Source: Phoronis australis (taxonomy: Eukaryota > Animalia > Phoronida). From it: a stretch of DNA of 64,000 nt. The notes beneath the pieces were generated by a model. The model saw only the letters and a list, made by a program, of their open reading frames with translations. It ran no database searches and was not told the DNA's origin. The position numbers and the translations under genes are program-made. The stretch covers positions 62,001-126,000 of the forward strand of contig NMRA01000828.1 in NCBI GenBank assembly GCA_002633005.1, given 5' to 3'. Below are positions 51,655 through 64,000 of the stretch, piece after piece; positions within the stretch are counted from its first letter, which is position 1, and the number at the start of each line of letters is the position of its first letter.

Positions 51655-52605
51655 TAGCCTTAGCCCTTACTTAGGCAATGACCATCGCCTCTGTTGTTGG
51701 CCCGAACCAGAGGCGATGCAGAGGCTATAGGCGCTCTGTACGCCGGAAGCTTTTCGGCGAATTATGCCTTGCACCGACTAAACCATCAAAGTCACGTTGT
51801 TATAAATACCTTTTGCGCATAGAGGAACACCTGAGGAGGTTATCGATGTGTTTAATTCCTTCCAACTCGAACAAATACTCCCATTATCAAACTTTTTCTT
51901 CGCGCAGTCCCTATTTCAGTTCCCAAAATCGTGAAATCAAAATTTTCATATTTTTTAACCAGGCCGAAGGTCAGAAGTTGCGGTCCTACCGGCGAACTTT
52001 GAAAGCTGAAGTCCCCGCCCTCTGCGTACGTGCTGCAGGGAACCAGCCGTGCATTTGCCGTGTTGTTAAACATTAAAATGTCAAATATGTGCACAAAGAC
52101 TATTAAATGTCATATCAACAGCATTCCTTTTTATCAAATACAAACAATAATTCATTAAAATACAATCAGTTTCAAGTAACGCCAATTAAAGACAAGTAGT
52201 GGTGGCATTTTGGAAACGAACATTTGACTGAAAAGACCGCAGTGGCTCACCTTTGGCCTATTTAAAGATTGAGGTCATGAAGTCACATCACCTAGCGAGC
52301 GCGGTAAAAATTGGAGCGTGCGCAGTATAAAAATGTTGAGTTCACAATTTTGGGAACTGAAATAGGGATTGCTCGAAGAAAAAGTTTGATAACGGGAGTA
52401 TTTGTTCGAGTTGGAAGGAATTAAACACATCGACAACCTCCTCAGGTGTTCCTCTATGCTCAAAAGGTTTTTATAACAACGTGACTTTGATGGTTTAGTC
52501 GGTGCGAGGCATAATTCGCCAAAAAGCTTCCGGCGTACAGAGCGCCTATAGCCTCTGCATCGCCTCTGGTTCGGGCCAACAGAGGCGATCGATGGTCATT
52601 GCCTA
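51655..52605. mobile_element. Mutator/Foldback-like non-autonomous element (about 270-bp TIRs, 9-bp TSD)
   Basis: TAGGCAATGACCATC... at 51672 and its reverse complement ending at 52605; GATCCACAT duplicated at 51646-51654 and 52606-52614. Confidence 0.85.
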
Positions 52606-52628
52606 GATCCACATCCGCTGCTACACAG

Positions 52629-52682
52629 GGTACCAACATGAGAATGTGACCTGTCTGCTCTCATGGATGGGCAACTTGCGAA
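52629..52682 (+). CDS. ARL6IP6: Probable ARL6IP6 internal exon
   Basis: YQHENVTCLLSWMGNLR|gtaagg, phase 1 joins in frame with 54013; the acceptor position is uncertain. Confidence 0.5.
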
Positions 52683-53611
52683 GTAAGGTTCAAGAGCTTG
52701 CCGCCGGTCAAACCATCGTTTGGCGGTTGCGGATGTGGTTAGTAACTATAATAATTGCGATGATCTTCTATACGTGCAACAATTGAATTGTGTCTGATCC
52801 TGTATTTTGATTCATGTTGAAAACCATCCATAGGCACTGTTTTCAAGAATGATCCCCCACTATGTCGAGTGATGATCATATTTATACCACAATATTAGCA
52901 TCAAATGGCAAATACAACCGTGTAATAACCCATTTAGTTATCCCACTAGTGAGATAACATTTTGGCGGGAAACCGAGGCCGGTTTTGAACCGGGCCTCAA
53001 GAGGTCGCCAACTTTACCACTTTGCACACCACTCAGCAGCTGACGTCATCGAACGTGAAAATAAAATACTTAAATCAGAGACTGATAATGTCTTTGCTTA
53101 AACGAGCACGCGCAACAATCGCATGTTCAGCAAAGGGCATTGTACCGACATTTATACGCTATGAAAAATAAGACGCATAATTTCCATTAAAACGATATTT
53201 TAATTCAGTGAAATTTTTCTCTCGTGTTCTCTCACTTGTAAATCACCCATCTCCAACTTGAATATGGGTTTCGTGTCGTGGGAATCCTTTAATTGACTTG
53301 AGCATTATACTCAGTTACTAGTGGTAACCTACTTTAGCAGACGATATTTTCCCGGTCGAAGCTTAGCGTAATAAAATGTGTAGTAAGCTATAATAGTTGC
53401 TAAACCTTAATTTATAGATTCACTTTATTTCTATTTTGCTTAAATTTTCAATTGGTTTTGAATAAAATATTTGACAAAAATAGCTCAGCTTTTCTTAGGT
53501 CATGACCTCCGACCCCGGGCCTCTAACATAGAAATTAGTTACAAAGCCGAGGCGAGTCAAGAAAGGTAGATCGATTCATTGCAATGTTACTCGTTCAGTA
53601 TGTGGTATAAA

Positions 53612-53757
53612 TAGATTATTAAATGTTCTCAGTCGTTATCCCCTTTATCTAGAGCCCTCGTGGATTTTGTAGAATTATCACCCTCGGGCGATAATTCTCC
53701 AAAATCCACTCGGGCTCTAGATAACGGGGGATAATGACTTCGCCATGTAGTAATCTA
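53612..53757. repeat. About 145-bp imperfect palindrome (foldback MITE)
   Basis: TATCTAGAGCCC.GTGGATTTTG.AGAATTATC / GATAATTCT.CAAAATCCAC..GGGCTCTAGATA arms. Confidence 0.8.
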
Positions 53758-54012
53758 TTTTATGCAAAAATTGGTGGCCATCAAAATCGAAGATAGGTAG
53801 GGAGCAGGTACCCGAGTTAGCGATAGGGACGGAAAATTGAAGCAGGAAAGGAAAAATTGTGATTGGTGAAACTTCAAAAATGTGGTTGTGACTGAGTAGT
53901 GTAATTGACACAGTGGCTGAAGTAGTAGCCCAACCGATAATTACACTATAATTACACTATAATTACACTATTCTCTTTATGATGTTTGATGAACATTCCA
54001 TCTTTCTTGCAG

Positions 54013-54136
54013 GTTTTATTCTGTGGTCCCTGTGTGCTGGTGCAGCACTCTCGGTCCTCTCATGGGCACTGACTTACTTTGACAGTATAGAGTCAGGCAT
54101 GGCTTCTTCTAGTCCAGTGTCACCTTCTAGAATCAA
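54013..54136 (+). CDS. ARL6IP6: ARL6IP6 homolog exon
   Basis: ttcttgcag|...|gtaggt; FILWSLCAGAALSVLSWALTYFDSIESGMASSSPVSPSRI resembles the ARL6IP6 motif [25 protein letters not shown]. Confidence 0.88.
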
Positions 54137-55880
54137 GTAGGTGAAGAAGTGGTAACATTTTTGTCTCCTGTTTTTGCTTCTTCTAGGAACTGACTTACTT
54201 CTAACAGCTGTTCTGGTTTGGTAAATATTCATCAAATGTTTGCATTTATTAAGAGATATAAATCATCATGTGAGCATTTTCCCCCAAAACATTAGCCATT
54301 TGTTTGGATCTTATTTTTTTCTGTTCTATTACAAAATGAAGTGATTCGTGAATAAGTACTTATAGTCTTGTAAATCATCATGATTCCCCAGAGTATACTG
54401 GTTAGATGACCAGACTTGCTCTGGAGAATCACTTCATAATTCTGGGGAGAAGGCTGTGAGATCATAGATTATAGACAACAGATTCGCAACTCTGACATTT
54501 TCTTCCGTACTATCCTAGAGGTGGCGCCACTCTCCTAAATATTCTGGTTCATTTTCCAGTTAGTGTATTGTGACAGGAAATTCTCACGTCTATTTTACTG
54601 TCCAGTACAACGAAAACAAAATAATAGTTTTGGCATTGAAATGCTGTTACAAAATCTTAAAATAATAAAACTGTTGGTATCGTGAGTACTTTTAGCAATG
54701 CTACTATCACCCTACCACACAACAGCCGACCAAGATTAGCAGACGACATACTTGCCGGAAATAATACCAGATAATTTGGCCAGGTGTAGCTAGTGAATAA
54801 AGACATAACGTTGTGCTGAAGAGCACAGATTTCATCCATTGAAAGTATACGGAGTTGGCGGTCCATATACTATTAATAGTGTATAGTGAGATGACCAGAC
54901 AGGGCTCTTTATACATGTATCAAGTTGCGAGCTCAGAAGTTGACAAGATTCACAAGCCATACTCATTAACATACTCATTAACATACTGAATGATGAAAAA
55001 ATGAAACTGGGGAAGTTTTCAACTTTTTGGCTATTACAGTTGACATCTGTTACAAACAATACACTTTTGATTTCTTTCCATTAGTAAAATGTCTGCACGC
55101 AAATATCATTATTATCAATCTTGTTTTATCCATTCCACACACTGTTACATTTTCTGTCAACTTTTCAAAATGTATCCATTAAGGAACACTTGCAGAAATA
55201 TAGATTTAATCCTTTTTGAACATTCCTGTTGACCTGTTCAGGGTTCAAAAGCATGCTGAATGAGCCAGCCACACGAAGTCTTTGGCCATGTCCAAATGTT
55301 CCATTGTCGAACCCACCATGCCAGGATTTCCTAGTCAACTCCAATAAACTCTGAAGAGTTTTCTTGAATCAGTGACGTTTTGATCATTACAGCGTCCTGT
55401 CGTTCAGTAACTTTTCCAGACGTGAGGGGTGCTGAACATGCGATAATATCTGGCTTAACTTAACTTTCATTTTATCAGCCCACCCCAGTCAGGCTAGATA
55501 CGATCTGATCGGAGATTAGAGCAATTATCAAACAAAAGAGCACAGCCCCTCCAATCATCAACGCCAGAATGGAGTTAATTGGCTACGGGGGTTAAACTTC
55601 CCAACTTGTTGTTGGGCTATACAATCGAACAAGTTGGGAGCAACGGGATGTCGCCGTCATGGTTCTTCTTGTTAATAAATAAAATCGTATTATGGTAAGG
55701 AGTATTACGAGTCTGATTTCATGAAAATTTGAGAAGGCATTGGTTTCCATTTTTTATCTAGTTAAGCAGGGTGAAATACAGTTTAAGTGGTCAACTTCAA
55801 AATAACCATGTGGACGAACTGCCTTCTTAATGCTAAAAATCTCTTTTTACTATAATTACAAGCTGTGTTTTATATTACAG

Positions 55881-55992
55881 GACACAATCTGGTCATTCCT
55901 TTCACATGGGATATGTCATCTGTATATTGAATGGGATTCTCATGTACACAACCAGCACCTACTGGCTAAACACTTCATTTTCTCAAGTCTAG
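55881..55992 (+). CDS. ARL6IP6: ARL6IP6 homolog last exon
   Basis: attacag|; KTQSGHSFHMGYVICILNGILMYTTSTYWLNTSFSQV* matches ARL6IP6 TGHSFHMGYSMAILNGI; phase 2 fits. Confidence 0.9.
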
Positions 55993-56058
55993 TCTACAAC
56001 TTGAAGAAACAAATTTGCTGGAATTTTAAAGTGATGATGGCTGGAAACTGGAGCAGCT

Positions 56059-56250
56059 CACTAGTCCGAAAGTGCACTAGTCTGAACGTGCACTAGTTCG
56101 AAGGTGTACTAGTCTGAACGTGCACTAGTCCAAACGTGCACTAGTCCGAACGTACACTAGTCCGAACGTGCACTAGTCCGAACGTGAACTATTCTGAACG
56201 TGCACTACTGCGAAGGTTTACTAGTCAGAAGGTGCACCAGCCCGAAGGTC
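56059..56250. repeat. 15-bp minisatellite (CACTAGTCCGAACGTG-like, about 12 copies)
   Basis: Directly visible; inverted partial copy GGACTAGTGCAC near 56564. Confidence 0.9.
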
Positions 56251-58000
56251 TACAAATAAGGCAGAACTGAGCCATAAAGCATTAAAATGCATTTTTGTCA
56301 ACATTCTACAAAACTCAATGATACATTGCAGTAAGTGTAGAGCTGCACTTGGATCGCATCGGTTTTCGGAATATTCGGCTGTAACCAATCAAGCCATGCT
56401 TTGAAATCCAGTTTCTCAAGTGCAGGAAACCTAAACAAAATGTTAGTACTCGGTGGCGGTTGTTTTCAGTAGGTAGACCTGCACCACTGCGACTAACAAC
56501 TCAGTTGTATTGCGTATTATTGCATGCAGAAAAAATATCAAAAAACACACGAATCCGAAACTTTGGACTAGTGCACTTCTGGACTACTACCATGTAACCA
56601 CTGAAAAATTATGCAGTGCCTGACTGATATGTTAAAAGAGATCTGATCAAAGGAGACCAAAAAGTATTAATGCACACAGTTAGAAAGGGACTTAAGGCAC
56701 ATGATAATGTTTCTGATTTAATGTAGTTGGTTTGACTTTGACTTTGACTGGTGCCAATATTGGTTAAGAATTCTCAAAATGCCTAATTTTATGATATAGT
56801 GTCTGTTTATTATAAAACACTTTGTACTCCGAAAGTAGACACCTACTATTTCGATGCAGCTTTCTTCCACCTGGCTGAATCTAGGAGTGGTGAAATATTA
56901 TTTATAAAGGACAGTTTGTGATGTTAACACATTGGCATTGAACTATGATGCGAAGAAATATCTTGTATGCTTAGATGTGTACAAAATTGAATTCATGGCA
57001 AGATGTTGATTTTAAAGTTAACTAGAAATAAAGATAAAAGATTCATCCACACAAGTATTCAATATTGCGAAAAACTTTAAAATGTTAGAAATAAGGTCCT
57101 ACATGTTCTAGGTACCAGTGTTTTCTTGATCATTCAGTGTTGGCTTGATTCAGATGTGTTGGTCATTCTTTAATGACTAAAAGGAAATACATGGTTTTAC
57201 AAATGGGCATGAGGTCATGTCTTTTTGTGATTGAAATGCAGTAGAAATTGAACATCGCTTTGTGTTAGAATGCCTTTCATTTAACATTTGAATTTAAAAG
57301 TCTAATGCTGACTAACAACGTCGAAAATTTTGACACATTTAGTCAGGTTGATTGTGAATGCATGACCCAGAGGAAAATCGTTGTGAAACATGGATGGATT
57401 TGTTAAATTCCACTGACAGTGTTTTTTAAATGTTTATGTAAATAAATAAATTTAAACTATTGATGGTATACTTCTAGGCCCCAAAACTGCAATGTGTTCC
57501 AAACCCCATTAGTACGACATAGCTGAACTTGAACTTATGATGTTTGTTTCTGTGTAGACTAATAGATAAGTTACTAGTGTTATGACTTCATACTTCAGCT
57601 CTACTATATAATCTTTTCCCCCCTCATTCATTTTTCCTGGTCTGTCATGAGCTGAGGACATTTTTGTCTTGAGTCATATCTCATCTGTGTTGTAGATATT
57701 ACCTAAACTGACATCTGTGCAACACTTTTCTTTTTCGGAAATGCCGCATTTAATGTTTGTCGAACTGAAACCTTCATTTCTTGTGTTTGCCATTTGTAAT
57801 ACATTTTTGAATGAGATTTCAAGGTAGCCGGGCTGGACTTCCAAAATGTAAATTTTTGTATGCTTCATTAATTAGTCATGTAATGTGTAATACTACATGT
57901 AAGTAATTGCTTTTGCCATTTTTACCAGATTTATATCATATGGTTTTTAAACTCAACATCTTCAAAACTAACCAGCCATTAATTTTTCTCCATTAGATAA

Positions 58001-58915
58001 AAGCTGGATATGTGGTTCTGTAACAATTGCTTCAAATTTTGCCAATGTTAAATTCAATGTGTCAAACTTGGTGTGCATACATAGATCTGTTGTTGTTATT
58101 ATGTTGTGTATTACTTTTGTAATTTTGATATCTGTGTACTTTTAAGGTTTTTATTAAAATATATGCATCATACTCTCCCTGTTTCAGTTACTCTGCTTCC
58201 CTGTTCAAAAAGTAGGTGCTCATCTGCTATAGTTGTACTGTTAGGGGGCTGTAGTCCGAGAGATCATAACACGAAAATTATTTACGGGCCGTTCTCTCAT
58301 GATAGTTTAGGACCACCGCTGACTGCGTCCTATGGAAAACGGGGATTCTGAGAAGCCACATTGACAATAAATATGGTAAGATAGGTGTCGAAACTCCTAT
58401 AAACCGAGTTTGGTGTATCACTCCTCACACGGACTTGGTGTGACTGAAGCTCTGGACTTGGTGTGCCGGGCTGAGACTCTGGTCCGTCGCGGGCTTCACG
58501 ATCAGACGCGCTCGTCCATTCAAATTTCCTTGCTGTCTTAATATTCTGATAATGGTTTGTCTACAGAAGTCAATATCATCAAACAAACAAACAGCAGTTA
58601 TTTCTCTCTTTATTTCTGTTGAAGTTAACGGCTACTTTTAGTTTGCCGTTAGAAGAACGAAAAAGTTCAATTTCCAATGACCGATTTTGTTTTTATAGTC
58701 TTCAGTCTTACACGTACGTTCGTTCGTGGCTCATAAACGAAGACGTAGAACGCGGCAGACCGTGGGGTCGTCAGGGTCAGTCGAGAAAAGAAAGATGCAG
58801 CATAAAATGTAGAAGGGAGAATAACGTGGCATTTCCCGGCCTGGCATACCAGTGCTAGTTTTAAAGCGTCCTAATTCGAGGATCCGGGCCTCACAGTGGG
58901 ACAATTTGCTGCTTC
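58001..58915. repeat. Degenerate about 0.9-kb direct repeat, copy 1
   Basis: Shares AAGCTGGATATGT, AAATTCAATGTGTCAAACTTGGTGTGCATACATAGATCTGT, GTAAGATAGGTGTCGAAACTCCTA, GAGGATCCG...CACAGTGGGACAAT in the same order with 60729-61590. Confidence 0.8.
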
Positions 58916-59888
58916 ATATAGTGCGCTCACCCAGCCTAATTAAAAAATAAGGGGGCTCGAAGTTTTGAGAACTAAATGATGGTGGATCTTAACTAAGATT
59001 CATGGGGTATGTTCAGAGCCATGAATTGCGCGTTCGCAGAATTTTGACAGTTACTGTTTTTTTAGTGTCTCCTCCATTTCTGTTTTCGGAGTTTTTGTTT
59101 CTCTCTCGTTCGAGCTCCCAGAGCAACCTGGGTGGCGCATGGGTAACGATCTCTCCGTTTGCTGCTGTTCATGGCAGTTGGTCGACTCACGAAGTTTTGT
59201 TGCGATTTGTGGCCGCGGTCTATAGACCTCACCTGTGTGCCCTAACCCAGTAAACATGACAGTATTGGCCCAGTACTGGATTTCTGTTGCTTGATAACGC
59301 TTGTACCGTATACCGGTTTACGTTTGTGGGCCACGAATGGCCCAGTACCGTCTCCACGACACAAACCCAGTGAACTTTCCTTATAGCGGCTCGCCGGTAT
59401 TGGACCGGTAAACACAGACTTGAACACAAGNGTGACAATGCTGCGGGGGTTCACAGTGTCTCCTGCACCCTCTTGATTGGCTTCCGACACCCTATCCGTG
59501 GCGTCAGAGTGTGAGCCCTGAGAACCAGAGGTTAGCTCAAACAGTGGGGGGTTCCCAGGAAATCCCGTGTCCCGTGTGCGCGATTCAGAATTTGCACTAC
59601 TGTACCAGAGTCGCAAAATCACATGATGCTGAATATTGTCCATTCCCAAGGAAGCGGCAAAATGAAATTGTAGGACGTATGGTTTACATTGGGCCACCGT
59701 GAACTGAGACAGCATCCCGCCGACCCGGGCGCCGGCAGGATATCGTTGCGGCCATCCGGCAGCGGGAAATCGTATAACTTTTTATGCTTTGTAATGTATA
59801 TTATCGCACCCAACGCATGTCATCTCCCCGGCGACAATAGGCCCACGTCATGAGTGCGACAATACCGTGCACTTTCCATAGCAGGTCC

Positions 59889-60019
59889 CAGGGGCAGACC
59901 CAGGATTTTGAGTTGGGGGGGTAGGGCAGACATTCCCACCCCCGAGCTGTCAAATGGAATCTGGGAGAATTTTAGGGGGCCATGGCCCCCTTGCCTCCTC
60001 CCCCCTGTATCAACCACTG
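59889..60019. mobile_element. MITE, relative of 32002-32304
   Basis: CAGGGGCAGACCCAGGATTTTGAGTTGGGGGGG...GGGGCCATGGCCCC...CCACTG. Confidence 0.7.
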
Positions 60020-60284
60020 CTTACGTAAGTTTATGAAACTGGACCAATTAATGGGCTTTTTTGCACACTTGCCGGAGTCTGAGAAATGAGTTGTTGTGTC
60101 TCGTGACCATCACGAGGAGGTGCTTATTAGATAACCTCGCATAGTTAGCAAGAGGCGTCAGTGAGTGTTTGAAAAGTATGCCGGAGGAAAACGCCAGAGT
60201 AAAAGACAAGACGACATTTAGAACTGCCGGGCTCGGAGGTAAGCGACTATGTACTCAGCTAAGATGTGTGTTCAAATTTCGAAG

Positions 60285-60480
60285 TAGTGTGACTGAGTGG
60301 AGTGTGACTGAGTGGAGTGTGACTGGTGTGGAGTGTGACTGATGTGGAGTGTGACTGAGTGNGGAGTGTGACTGAGTGGAGTGTGACTGAGTGGAGTGTG
60401 ACTGATGTGGAGTGTGACTGAGTGGAGTGTGACTGAGTGGAGTGTGACTGATGTGGAGTGTGACTGGTGTGGAGTGTGAC
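60285..60480. repeat. 15-bp minisatellite (GGAGTGTGACTGAGT)n
   Basis: About 13 copies with an N break at 60362; a few more units at 60557-60620. Confidence 0.92.
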
Positions 60481-60728
60481 CAACGCCAGAAATTTGTAAC
60501 ATTCTTGATCCGCTAGGTGACGCTTAGCGCCATGTCCCTAACCAATCATAACGACGATGGAGTGTGACTGATGTGGAATGTGACTGAATGGTGTGTGACC
60601 GAATGGAGTTTAACTGAGTGGGAAAAATCATCATTAGTGCTTGAAAGTATAAGCTTGTTTTGAAAGCTTCTAAAACTTCAGCTGTTTGCAGTATAATTTT
60701 TTTAATTTTTCTTCTGATTTGAGATGCA

Positions 60729-61590
60729 AGCTGGATATGTCGTTTTGTAACAATTGCCGCATTTTGTCAATAATAAATTCAATGTGTCAAACTTGGTGTG
60801 CATACATAGATCTGTCATGTGTATTGCTTAGGTAATTTTGATATCTCTGTACTTTTAAGGTTTTTGTTAAAATATAATTTATATGTTATACTCTGTGGCT
60901 GTTTCAGGTGCTATGCTTCCTGTGCAAAAAGTAGATGTTTAGTCATCTATGATTTGCATTGTTAGGGGACTGTAATTTTTCGTACCGTCGGAACGATATC
61001 AGTCACAACATAAAAAATGTTGCCCTCTCTCATCATATCCTAGATCCACCACGGTTTCCTGTGAAAAACAGGTATACTGAGAAGCCGCATCGACGATAAA
61101 TATAGTAAGATAGGTGTCGAAACTCCTAATGCCGAGTTCGGTGTATCACTCATTAGGCCTACACGGACACTGGTGTGCCCTAGCTGAAGCTGTGGGCTGT
61201 TATTTCACACTTTAAAAGTTGTGTTAATTGAGTTAATCTATTTTCGCCTTTCGAAAAATGCAAAGGATCAATCTTTCAGAACGATTTAGTTTTTATAGTC
61301 TGCAAAAAATAAAAGGGAGAGAAAATCTTGCCGCAAAACTGCAATGATTATACGGCCATCTAAACAGGGACGAAGCGGGGGGTCTACCAGGGAGCCGTTC
61401 TTAATGTAAGGCTCGTTCGTGGCGACGCGGCAACATCAGCGTCGGTGGGGTCAGAGTCAGTCGACTGAGAAAAGAAGGATGCAGCCTGAAACATGAAAGG
61501 GAGAATAACCGTGCCACACCAATGCTTTAAAAGCGGCCTTATTCGAGGATCCGCGCCCTACACAGTGGGACAATGATTTTTGCTGCTTTG
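60729..61590. repeat. Degenerate about 0.9-kb direct repeat, copy 2
   Basis: Colinear with 58001-58915. Confidence 0.8.
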
Positions 61591-64000
61591 CCGGGTTACG
61601 CGGACATAGGACATTTGAGAAGTCAATAAATATTTTAGTACAAAGTCAGAGTGATCGAAATCGCTTTCAAAGTCAACAATTTTAAAATATCATCAGCAAA
61701 ACTTGGTATAAAACATGATTACAATCTTTATCAAAAGCCTAGTACAAGAAAACAGGTGTTCCATAACTTGATCAAATATGAAAGCCAAGAACCTAGCATA
61801 CAATATAGAGCCACAGCTGGAATTCGTAAACAGTTTTGTACAAACTTAAAGGAAAATCGCTTTCAAAATCTACAATTTTTGGAGCACATCTATGAAATTG
61901 GTACAGAGCATATTTTTGATGTCTAATGAAAGTCTTGGAGACAAAAACACACGTTCCCAAGTTAACTTGACCATTGAGAGAGAGCCAAAAAGCTAGCATC
62001 GGATCAGGGCCACTCACTTTTCGGAAATTCGCACAAACAACAGGTGTTGGAGCACATCTACGAAACTTGGTACAGAACATATTCATAATGTCTCTTGAAG
62101 ACAAAAACACATGATCTTTAACTTGGTTAACTCATTAGTGTGAGAAGCAAAAAGCTAGCCAATAATAAAATTCCGGTACCGTAAATTTTACTATGATATT
62201 CAAACCAAAATTGCTTTGAATATCAAGTCTTGGTAAATAACATATTCATAATATCTAACGAAAGCCTAGGAGACAAAAAACGGAAGCTCTTTAACTTGAT
62301 TATTTAAAGAGCCAAAAAGCTAGCATAATTGAGGCCGCAAGCGAAGTCCAATATTCTGACCGTTCACCGAATCGCTTTCAAAATCTACAATTCTGGGAGT
62401 CCAGTGGCGGATCTACCGGGGGGGTTCAGGGGGCTTANGGGGCGGTGGGTTTCACTCTGAAAATATAGTTTTTTGCATTATGAATTGCTGAGTCTTTGTG
62501 GCTCATCGGCAAAACGCGCGGGGATTTATTGTGCGCGCGCTTCCGTCGACACTTTTGAAGTAGCCAAGCATTTAAGATGGATTCACCGCTGAAAGAGCAG
62601 TTCTATAGCCGATTTCTTTAGGTAACTAGCTTCTGTACTCAAAGATATATTTTGATTTGATTAGGGGAAATACTGCGGTGCCGCAACCCTGATATTCACG
62701 CGAATTGACGTGCAACGTTTTTACCTCATCTGTCATGCCGTGTTATTCTATTACACTCCACACGTTTGTAACTGATGTATAGTAAAGTTGTCTTGCGCAA
62801 TATCATACAGTGTACATGTACATGTAATATTGTGCACATGTACATGTAATATTTAAAAAAAAAATCTTTTTCCGAAGAATTGATATTGTGGCGGGCGCCG
62901 TGGTCTGGTCGCGAGTCCGTTTGAAGACACACTCTATAGCAAGTTATGTCTATACAAGGAATGACCAAGGGGGCACTCACATTGAGAAAGTGACCGCATT
63001 TGCGAAAAGTGTACAGGAGCAGAAATTGCGGGGAGGCTGTTCTTTCACGACAAAGTCTTCCGGGACTCGTGCGATGTTCAATAGGCCTCCTAAGGAGCCC
63101 TAGTTCCGACCTCAACACCTACTGTACCGTCTGTCTACCTGCAATAAGCACACTGCCGTCTTCTATACTGGGAATTTCCGCAGAAAGGCTCACCCGATGA
63201 AACGCTCATGCCCATGGGCATTTATTTGATATTAGTACTTCGGGTTTCAAGCGTTCAGACATCGGGACGTTTATTTCGAAAATTGCAGGAGATGCAAATA
63301 GGTCCTGGGATGCTTCGTCAAAGGTTTGAAGTAGTCCATGATGAACGGATCAAATTTAGTTGCGCATGTAAGTCTTTTGAATGGACGTGGCATTCTCAAG
63401 GGTCTTAGTGTCAACTGAGCTGCGAAACGAGATGCTGACATTGTAGAGGCTTACAAGCTCATTGACACAGGAGTTGACGAAGTGCAAGCGTTGGGAACAA
63501 ACATCGAAGATATCTGGGTAGAATGGTTCCAAGACGAGCAAATCATTGGATCCGATATACAAACTCCTCGGCAGTCTAGACAACAGAAGGATAGGACTAA
63601 CGTATGAGTAACCACTGGGGATTAAAATTTTAGAGAGAAGTTTTCAATTCAAAATGTTTTGCATAGTACACTTTAGGTCTCGCGACGGACCAGGCCAGCT
63701 TGATTTGTGTAGATGTTGAGTTTCAGTGTACTTCTGGTCCCTCGGCGAACTAGTCTTGTTATTTTTTTACCAAACTGTAATTTGTAAAACTATTTATCTC
63801 AGCCAGTACTGTTTGGTCCCGCGACAGATCGACTATTTTTATAGGGATAATAAGCACAGGGGTACTCTTGGTCTCGTGACGGACCAGGTCAGCTTTTTGT
63901 GTACTCTCAGTGAGGTCCCTCTGCAAACTAGTCCAGTGTATCTTTTCACCACTGTGCACAGGATGTTTTGGTCTCGTGAAACTGTTTTCAGATGATTTGT

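Noticed and set aside
50817-52463. Repeated ORFs MTIASV...RRKLFGELCLAPTKPSK as a gene family
   Set aside because: They are readings of the TIR of a non-autonomous transposon.
60259-60502. His/Ser/Thr-rich repetitive ORFs
   Set aside because: Translations of a 15-bp minisatellite that contains an assembly N; no splice or start support.
1-64000. tRNA, rRNA, or prokaryotic operon and defence systems
   Set aside because: No such sequence recognised; gene structure is spliceosomal throughout.

Overview
AT-rich, intron-containing animal genomic DNA (looks like a repeat-rich invertebrate; species cannot be called) with several single-N assembly breaks (26822, 51001, 59431, 60362, 62438). Three gene systems were reconstructed by hand from splice signals and reading frame. 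(1) A minus-strand UDP-glycosyltransferase (UGT) cluster at 6.8-31.4 kb: two self-contained two-exon genes plus a distal unit where at least two intact and one decayed N-terminal (acceptor-binding) first exons lie upstream of a single C-terminal exon, resembling vertebrate UGT1A variable first exons. Every intact first exon lacks both canonical catalytic residues (His->Ala/Ser, Asp->Asn). (2) An 8-exon minus-strand gene (36631-48736, 353 aa) encoding signal peptide + two tandem avidin domains + a GPI-type hydrophobic tail. Domain 2 keeps the biotin-pocket residues; domain 1 has charged substitutions in the pocket. (3) A divergently oriented ARL6IP6 homolog (about 51.4-56.0 kb, + strand). The rest is non-autonomous DNA transposons (TTAA-flanked THAP-bearing Kolobok-like elements, a 9-bp-TSD long-TIR element, MITEs), a LINE RT remnant, minisatellites and a degenerate direct repeat. 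All protein comparisons are from memory of the families; no database search was run.
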